A DNA stretch of 19,037 bases, taken from positions 1 to 19,037 of the forward strand of contig JASFQK010000060.1 in NCBI GenBank assembly GCA_050115495.1, written 5' to 3'. The stretch's first letter is position 1. Every line of letters starts with the position of its first letter. Shown piece by piece: positions 1-5,241 of the stretch. The position numbers were made by a program, and so were the translations under genes. The notes beneath the pieces were generated by a model. The model was not told the origin of the DNA, ran no database searches, and was given only the letters and a program-made list of their open reading frames with translations. This stretch comes from Phycisphaerae bacterium. GTDB taxonomy: Bacteria > Planctomycetota > Phycisphaerae > UBA1845 > Fen-1342.

Positions 1-152
1 AAGCCTGGGCCCGGCTGGTTCGGGCGGTCGTTTTCGCCGCCGGCGAGTACGTAGTGTCGCGCTATGCGGCGTGGAAGCAGGAAGAACACCCGGTTCCGGC
101 GACGCCGCCGAAACCCACCTTCTGGCGACGATGGTGGGGGAAAAAGAAGTAG
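1..152 (+). CDS. 3' end of an uncharacterised gene (partial); helical segment homologous to the 17086-18219 protein, ending in a FWRRWWGKKK tail
   Basis: Frame from nt 3 reads AWARLVRAVVFAAGEYVVSRYAAWKQEEHPVPATPPKPTFWRRWWGKKK, then TAG at 150-152. It has 11/24 ungapped identities to AWSRLGRRMVLAAVDQLLRRFGAW at 17758-17829 (-). Absent from the ORF track because its start lies outside the window. Confidence 0.75.
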   Translation, partial: AWARLVRAVVFAAGEYVVSRYAAWKQEEHPVPATPPKPTFWRRWWGKKK

Positions 153-173
153 TAGTAGTGGTAGTAGTAGTAG
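150..173 (+). repeat. (TAG)n trinucleotide tract, in frame with and beginning at the upstream stop codon
   Basis: TAG TAG TAG TGG TAG TAG TAG TAG read directly. Confidence 0.9.
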
Positions 174-196
174 GCGCGGGCAAACGTGGCCCGCGC
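170..196 (+). repeat. GTAG-type REP-like hairpin
   Basis: GTAG + GCGCGGGC / loop AAACGTG / GCCCGCGC, a perfect 8-bp stem. The loop ends in CGTG like other copies. Confidence 0.6.
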
Positions 197-200
197 AATC

Positions 201-240
201 CCCGCCAGAATCCGCCAGAACACGCCAGACTCCGCCAATC
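201..240. repeat. Imperfect 10-bp tandem repeat, 4 copies
   Basis: cccgccagaa tccgccagaa cacgccagac tccgccaatc. Confidence 0.75.
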
Positions 241-319
241 TCTCCCGCCCGTCCGTCACCACGCGTCTTCGTGTCCTATACTGAACAGTGACGATGACGT
301 GTGTGGCACGCTCCCGCCT

Positions 320-405
320 GTGTGGCATGCCGAAGCGCAGCGCCGGCATGTCTTTGCCTCGCGTCGGGGAAGAACATGCCGGCGCTGCGCTTCGGCATGC
401 CACAC
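320..405. repeat. Perfect 32-bp inverted repeat with 22-bp spacer (REPIN/MITE-like doublet)
   Basis: 320-351 gtgtggcatgccgaagcgcagcgccggcatgt is the exact reverse complement of 374-405. Each arm is GTGG followed by an internal CATGCCG...CGGCATG palindrome. Confidence 0.9.
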
Positions 406-408
406 CCG

Positions 409-450
409 GGCTCAAGGCCTATAGCTGACGGCTGATGGCTGACGGCTCGC
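409..450. repeat. Degenerate heptamer tandem repeat, 6 copies
   Basis: ggctcaa ggcctat agctgac ggctgat ggctgac ggctcgc. Confidence 0.7.
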
Positions 451-454
451 CGAA

Positions 455-549
455 GACGTCCGGTACAGAGCCCGGACGCCACAGGACGGCCGGCACGGAG
501 ACCGGCCGCTACAAAACGGCCGGCATCCCGGCGCGCCGGGAGTCGCTAC
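455..549 (-). repeat. Tandem array of GT(A/G)G REP-like units with 30-bp period
   Basis: 455-482 gacgtccggtacagagcccggacgccac; 485-512 gacggccggcacggagaccggccgctac; degenerate third unit at 515-549 ending gctac. On the - strand each reads GTRG + stem-loop. Confidence 0.8.
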
Positions 550-550
550 G

Positions 551-578
551 GGCCTCCGGCTCAAGGCTCATGGCCTGC
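551..578. repeat. Degenerate heptamer tandem repeat, 4 copies (same family as 409-450)
   Basis: ggcctcc ggctcaa ggctcat ggcctgc. Confidence 0.6.
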
Positions 579-582
579 CCAA

Positions 583-610
583 GACGTCGGCCACAGGGGG
601 CCGACGCTAC
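583..610 (-). repeat. GTAG-type REP-like element overlapping the stop codon of the 607-1734 gene
   Basis: - strand GTAG CGTCGGCC CCCTGT GGCCGACG TC. It is 27/28 identical to 5214-5241, and its TAG is 607-609. Confidence 0.9.
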
Positions 611-1734
611 AGCCCCGCGAAGCCGAGGACCCATTCGAGCAGCTCCGCCGCGGCCTGGTAGCCGACGGGGAAAACGCTGTCGTCGATGCGAGCCGTCATG
701 AACTGCTGCGCGAGGAGCAGACGCTCGTTAGAGCAGGTGGAGTCCATCAGGCTGTCGCAGTCCTGCGTGTGCACCAGCCCCAGCAGGTGACCGACCTCGT
801 GGGCCACCGTGTTGCCCACGGCCGTCGCCATCTGCTCGAACGTCGGCGTCACGACGAAGGCGTTGCGATAGCTCTCGGTGAAAACGATCGCGTTGTCGGC
901 GGGATCGAGGTTGTACGTGTCGATCTGCTGCGAGATGGCGAAGGCCTGCGAATGGCGACCGCCGAAGTAGACCGTCGAATGCCGCTGCGACGGGACGGGG
1001 TCGTCGTCCGAGTTGAGCAGCGTCAGGTTATAGCCGGCGTAGCGGGCCGCGATGATGTCCTGTACGCGGTCCTTCATCTCCTCGGTCTGGTCGCCGTACG
1101 GACCCAGGTCGCCGGCATCGAAGGGCGACAGGTCGTATAGGCCGACGTTCTCGACGAGAATGTCCTGGCCGCCGTCCCAGTCGAGGAAGACGATCTGGCC
1201 CGTCGGCGACGGGACGTCTTGCCCGCGCGTGATCCGCACGGTGACCTCGTAATCGCCGGTGACCGTGGTGTCGGCGTAGGGCGTGATGCCCAGGTAGTAC
1301 TCCCCGGTGGCCCCGCGCAGGACGAAGTCCACCAACGGGTTGAGATCGCTGCTGTCCGCCTCGCGGTCGTCGTTGAACGCGTGCAGATACTGGCCGCTGT
1401 CGAAGACGGCGGCGACCAGGTCAAGCTGCTCGCTGACCGGCTGGACATCGATGTACAGATGGTCGCCGGGGCTCAGCTCACCCAGCTCGAACAGGTCAAG
1501 ATCGCCGATGGTCTCAATCCGTCCCTGGAACTCGAGCTCGTCCGTGTCGGCCAGCGGCAGCGCCGTGGCCTGGTTGAAGGACGAGTTGTTCGTGTTATCG
1601 AGGTACGGCAGGTCGCTCCCGGACGGCGTCATCGGACAGCCGCCGCAAAGAAGCAGCAGCGCCAGCAGGCCGAAGAGGCCCTGCCGGCGCTGCCAGAGAC
1701 CACGAGTTCGAGAGAGAAAGGCGTTACGGCTCAA
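607..1734 (-). CDS. Lipoprotein zinc metalloprotease (metzincin/matrixin-like) with N-terminal PPC-like domain
   Basis: HEVGHLLGLVH (769-801) plus Met-turn SLMD; signal peptide ending LLLLCGGC; PPC-like motifs GDLDLFEL...FNDD...YYLGI. TTG start at 1734 chosen for its TTGA overlap with the upstream stop (track start is 1761). Confidence 0.85.
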   Translation of the reverse strand: MSRNAFLSRTRGLWQRRQGLFGLLALLLLCGGCPMTPSGSDLPYLDNTNNSSFNQATALPLADTDELEFQGRIETIGDLDLFELGELSPGDHLYIDVQPVSEQLDLVAAVFDSGQYLHAFNDDREADSSDLNPLVDFVLRGATGEYYLGITPYADTTVTGDYEVTVRITRGQDVPSPTGQIVFLDWDGGQDILVENVGLYDLSPFDAGDLGPYGDQTEEMKDRVQDIIAARYAGYNLTLLNSDDDPVPSQRHSTVYFGGRHSQAFAISQQIDTYNLDPADNAIVFTESYRNAFVVTPTFEQMATAVGNTVAHEVGHLLGLVHTQDCDSLMDSTCSNERLLLAQQFMTARIDDSVFPVGYQAAAELLEWVLGFAGL

Positions 1735-2954
1735 TCGTCCGGGTTGAGGCAGTTCCCACATCGGCAGCGTAGCTCCTGGCGCACCAGCGCGCGTATCTGC
1801 TTGTACCGCAGGGCCTTGGCTGCACTCAGCAGCTTGGACGACTGGGTGCCGTTTCCGCTGAGCCCGACCGTCTGCTCCAGCAAACGCGGGGTGTTTTCCA
1901 TGCCCGTGGCGAAGACCGAGTCCTCAAGCGGGCCGCGGTGAAACGTCTGCGTGCCAGCCAGATCCCAGGCCGTTCCCGTAGAGTCCATGACCTCCTGTGG
2001 GTCCTTCGTATGATACAGACCCAACAGGTGTCCCAGTTCGTGGCTCGCGACGTTCCCGATCATAACGCCCATTTCGTCGGCCTCCAGCCGCATCGTCCGG
2101 TACAGGCCGAAGCTCTCGACGTAGACGATCGCCGCCTCGTTCAGCGACTCGTTATACATATCCACACTGTCGGCCAGCCCGAGCAGGCCGTCGTCGGCGG
2201 TGCCGAAGTAAACGGTCGAATAGGGTCCGTCCGTGGGCGGCGGGCCGTCGTCAGAGCTGATAATCACGACATTGTATGGTGCGTAATCCTCGCGCATGGT
2301 GGCTACGATCGTGTCCTTGACGAGTTGCGTCTGGCCGTCGTAGAGCGGGTCGATCATGGTCGCGTCGAAGGCGTCATACGAAACTGCGCCGCGCCGGTGC
2401 ACACGCACGCCGCTGGCAGGCCCGAATTCGAGGTAGACGACCTGCTGGCGTGGCGAAGGCACGGTCGCCCCCGGGGCCTGGACGACCTGCACGTCATACT
2501 GACCGCCACTGGAGCCGTAGGCCGGCATCACGCCCAGATAGACGGTGTCGGTGCTTGCCCGGAGGATGTGCTCCAGTGAGGCGCGCGTCGTGACGCGGGC
2601 CCGCATGAGCATGTCGTAGTCGGCGTCGAACAGCACCATCGTGTAACCACTGGCGGTGGAAGTGCTTTCGAGCGTGACGGTCCACTCGTCGCCGGCCAGT
2701 GCGGCGCCGAGATTGAAGAGCTCGAAGTCACCGGTGCCAGAGACGGAACCGCTCACGAGCGCCGACAGAACATCGCTGCCGGAGGAGGCCGGGGAGCTGC
2801 TACTGGACGAAGCGGGAGCGCTCACGGCGCTGCCGTCGCCCATTTCGGAAACCGCGCCGATGAAGCCGTCCTCAGACGTGCCAAATGACCCACACCCGAC
2901 CAGGATCAAGGACGATGATAGCAATAGACAGAGACACAGACAGAGTCGTCGCAT
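1731..2954 (-). CDS. Lipoprotein zinc metalloprotease (metzincin/matrixin-like), paralogue of 607-1734, with C-terminal CRCGNC tail
   Basis: HELGHLLGLYH (2010-2042) plus EVMD Met-turn; MRRLCLCLCLLL...LVGC lipobox; GAGGGAG RBS before ATG 2954. Shares blocks with its neighbour (STVYFG, HExGHLLGLxH, MDST, DSVF). Confidence 0.85.
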   Translation of the reverse strand: MRRLCLCLCLLLSSSLILVGCGSFGTSEDGFIGAVSEMGDGSAVSAPASSSSSSPASSGSDVLSALVSGSVSGTGDFELFNLGAALAGDEWTVTLESTSTASGYTMVLFDADYDMLMRARVTTRASLEHILRASTDTVYLGVMPAYGSSGGQYDVQVVQAPGATVPSPRQQVVYLEFGPASGVRVHRRGAVSYDAFDATMIDPLYDGQTQLVKDTIVATMREDYAPYNVVIISSDDGPPPTDGPYSTVYFGTADDGLLGLADSVDMYNESLNEAAIVYVESFGLYRTMRLEADEMGVMIGNVASHELGHLLGLYHTKDPQEVMDSTGTAWDLAGTQTFHRGPLEDSVFATGMENTPRLLEQTVGLSGNGTQSSKLLSAAKALRYKQIRALVRQELRCRCGNCLNPDD

Positions 2955-3352
2955 GCTTCTTCTCCCTCGCAGAGCATCGGTTATGCGACGACGTCGTGGT
3001 CCGAGGCCGTCCGGCACAGGGCCGGAGCCACGGACAGTCCTACTGAAAGCCAGGGCGACTATCGCCCATCGCCGGTGGGGTCATTAGGAATTCTGGCAAA
3101 TGTTGCCGGTCGGGGCGGCTGTCCGCAAAAAGCAGCCGGTCGGCGGCGCCGGGAGTGCGCACGGGGGTGGACGTGGCGAGGTTGGGGCGGTTTTCGTCCG
3201 GTAATTCCCACGGCCCGCGCGGGCGGACCGTTCCCGGTCTTTGGTCCGCCAGACTGCATTTACCCGACGTGGTCCGTGCGCCGATGTAAAGGGGTGAACA
3301 CGGCAAACACACGGCCCGAGGGTGGCTACGGGCCGGAATCGCGGAGCGCTTC

Positions 3353-3754
3353 ATGGACGCCGAACAGATTGTGAAGTTGTGCCCCCAGGCGATCCAGGAG
3401 TTGCTGGACTCGCGTGGCCGGGGTGACAAGTCGCAGGCGGAGCCGGCAACGGGAAAGCGGCGGGCGGAACGCTGGCCGTTCCCCGGGACGGTCGAGCTGT
3501 GGCTGCCCGATGAGTGTTACGGCGAGCGTCACCTGCTGGCGACGCTGCATAACCTGAGCAACAACGGCCTGGCGATGCGAACACGCCGACCGATCGGTAG
3601 CGACACAAAGATCTCGTTCGCCATTCACGAGCCGGAGCTGAGCGTCTACGGGCACGCCGTCGTGCGGCACTGCACGCGGGCGCACGTGGGCTACCTGATC
3701 GGCATCGAGTTCATCTTCCACGCGGACGAGGAGGAGGAAGAGGCCGAGGAATAA
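3353..3754 (+). CDS. PilZ-domain (c-di-GMP receptor) protein
   Basis: RRAER (RxxxR) and NLSNNG ([D/N]xSxxG) motifs; C-terminal IGIEF strand; GGAG upstream. Confidence 0.85.
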   Translation: MDAEQIVKLCPQAIQELLDSRGRGDKSQAEPATGKRRAERWPFPGTVELWLPDECYGERHLLATLHNLSNNGLAMRTRRPIGSDTKISFAIHEPELSVYGHAVVRHCTRAHVGYLIGIEFIFHADEEEEEAEE

Positions 3755-3795
3755 TCCTGGCATACAGCGACAGTTGCCGCTTGAACCATAGTGTG

Positions 3796-3831
3796 GACGC
3801 CCGCGAGCTCGTGGCTCGCGGGCGTCATTTT
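3796..3831 (+). terminator. Rho-independent terminator after the PilZ gene
   Basis: Perfect 13-bp stem gacgcccgcgagc / tcgtg / gctcgcgggcgtc followed by atttt. Confidence 0.7.
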
Positions 3832-3862
3832 GCGCGCCCTGTGGCCGGGCCGGCGGCGCCCC

Positions 3863-3868
3863 TATAAT
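3863..3868 (+). promoter_or_regulatory. -10 box (TATAAT) placed for a leaderless transcript of the M16 gene
   Basis: Perfect TATAAT 6 nt before ATG 3875, with no Shine-Dalgarno between them. Confidence 0.6.
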
Positions 3869-3874
3869 CCGCGC

Positions 3875-5113
3875 ATGTCTTCAACCTTCGTCCAACACGA
3901 TCTGCCGAACGGGCTGCGCGTGATCTGCGAGGTGATGCCGCGGGTGCGCAGCGGGGCCGTGGCCTTCCTGGCCCGAACCGGAGCACGCCACGAGCAGCCG
4001 CACCTGCACGGCGTGAGCCATTTCCTCGAACACATGTGCTTCAAGGGGACGCCGCGGCGCGGCTGGCACGAGATCAACACGCGCTTCGACGATCTCGGGG
4101 CGATCTACAACGCGTACACCGGCAAGGAGCACACGGTGTACTACGGGTGGGTACCGGCCGAGCGGCTGACGGACCAGCTCGAGCTCCTGGCCGACATGAT
4201 GCGGCCCAGCCTGCCCGCGGATGAGTTCGAGACCGAGCGGAAGGTGATCCTCGAAGAGATTGCCATGAGCGACGATCAGTTCGAGCGGCACGTCTCGGAC
4301 TTCCTGCACACGACGGTCTTCGGCCGGCATCCGCTGGGCCACGAGATCCTGGGCGAGAAGGAGACGATCGCCGCCCTGCCCCACGAGGCACTGGTCGATT
4401 ATCACCGCCGGCGGTACGCACCGGGGAACATGGTCGTGTTCGCCACGGGGCCGCGTGAGCCGGAGGAGATCTTCGCCGCCGTGGGCCGGCATTGCGGTGC
4501 GTGGAACGGTGCGGTGGACGGGCAGTTGCCGGCGGAGCCGCTGCCGGAGCTGCCGACGGGCGTGCGGAAGCTGCAACTGGAGCGGTTCAAGCAGCAGTCG
4601 CTGGTGCTCGTCTATCCGTCGGTGCCGGCCGGACACGAAGACGAGGAGGCGGTCGAGGCGTTCGTGTCGCTGTTCGGCGGGAGCAACTCGCGCTGCTACT
4701 GGAACATCGTGCAGAAAGGGATCTGCACGCACGCCGGCGCGGTGTGGCTGGGGTATGCCGGCGCGGGCGTGATGGCCCTCTACGCCGACGGCGAGCCACA
4801 TCGATGCGAGGAAATGCTGGCAGCCCTGCGGGCCCAGGCGCAGGAAGTGCAGCGGAACGGCTTCCGGCGAGACGAGGTGCAGCGCGTGCGCAATCGCCGG
4901 CGGACGCTGCTCGCGATCGAGGCGGAGAGCCCGCGGACGCGGGTAATGCAGCTCATCGACGATTTCGATTCGCGCGGGCACGTGCGGACAGTGGACGCGC
5001 GGCTGGCGGCGGTCGAAGCGGTCAGCGAGAAGACGATCGCGCGGCATCTGGCGCGGTATCCGATTGACGGCGAAGGATTGTTGCTGTCGTGCGGGCCGCG
5101 CGATTGGCCGTAG
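3875..5113 (+). CDS. M16B (pitrilysin-family) zinc peptidase
   Basis: LPNGL N-terminus, GVSHFLEHMCFKGT (HxxEH at 4019-4033), NAYT, ERKVILEEI, HPLGHEILG. Confidence 0.92.
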   Translation: MSSTFVQHDLPNGLRVICEVMPRVRSGAVAFLARTGARHEQPHLHGVSHFLEHMCFKGTPRRGWHEINTRFDDLGAIYNAYTGKEHTVYYGWVPAERLTDQLELLADMMRPSLPADEFETERKVILEEIAMSDDQFERHVSDFLHTTVFGRHPLGHEILGEKETIAALPHEALVDYHRRRYAPGNMVVFATGPREPEEIFAAVGRHCGAWNGAVDGQLPAEPLPELPTGVRKLQLERFKQQSLVLVYPSVPAGHEDEEAVEAFVSLFGGSNSRCYWNIVQKGICTHAGAVWLGYAGAGVMALYADGEPHRCEEMLAALRAQAQEVQRNGFRRDEVQRVRNRRRTLLAIEAESPRTRVMQLIDDFDSRGHVRTVDARLAAVEAVSEKTIARHLARYPIDGEGLLLSCGPRDWP

Positions 5114-5130
5114 GGGAAGAAGAAGGCAAC

Positions 5131-5150
5131 CCCTTCGACTGCGCTCAGGG
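5131..5150. repeat. Short palindromic element CCCTTCGACTGCGCTCAGGG
   Basis: CCCT...AGGG ends. Resembles the CTTCGACTxCGCTCAG dispersed intergenic repeat I recall from other bacteria; only one copy here. Confidence 0.45.
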
Positions 5151-5213
5151 TATGGAGGCAACGAGGCGTTGCGCTCGAAGGCCGGTTGGCGAAGGGGACG
5201 TCTGTTGGCGTTC

Positions 5214-5241
5214 GACGTCGGCCACGGGGGGCCGACGCTAC
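5214..5241 (-). repeat. GTAG-type REP-like element overlapping the stop codon of the 5238-7997 gene
   Basis: gacgtcggccacggggggccgacgctac; one mismatch to 583-610. Its TAG is 5238-5240. Confidence 0.9.

Noticed and set aside
150..173. Amber read-through (pyrrolysine or recoding) or a poly-Tyr/Val/Ser peptide
   Set aside because: No pyl genes are visible, TAG terminates many ordinary genes here, and the overlapping short ORFs have no protein-like features.
455..610. Mini CRISPR array
   Set aside because: Units are nearly contiguous (2-nt gaps), vary in the stem, have no unique spacers and no cas genes. They fit REP elements instead.
62..701. Short ORFs across the repeat cluster
   Set aside because: Low-complexity translations of palindromes and tandem repeats, with no RBS or motif support.
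2955..3352. c-di-GMP riboswitch or sigma54 promoter upstream of the PilZ gene
   Set aside because: GGCAAA occurs twice but without the GNRA-tetraloop/receptor architecture. TGGCA...TTGC near 3093-3106 has 8 rather than 10 nt between GG and GC.
3881..5161. 426-aa - strand ORF and similar long antisense ORFs (e.g. 13602-15107, 15028-15939)
   Set aside because: Stop-poor shadows of well-supported genes, expected at this GC content.
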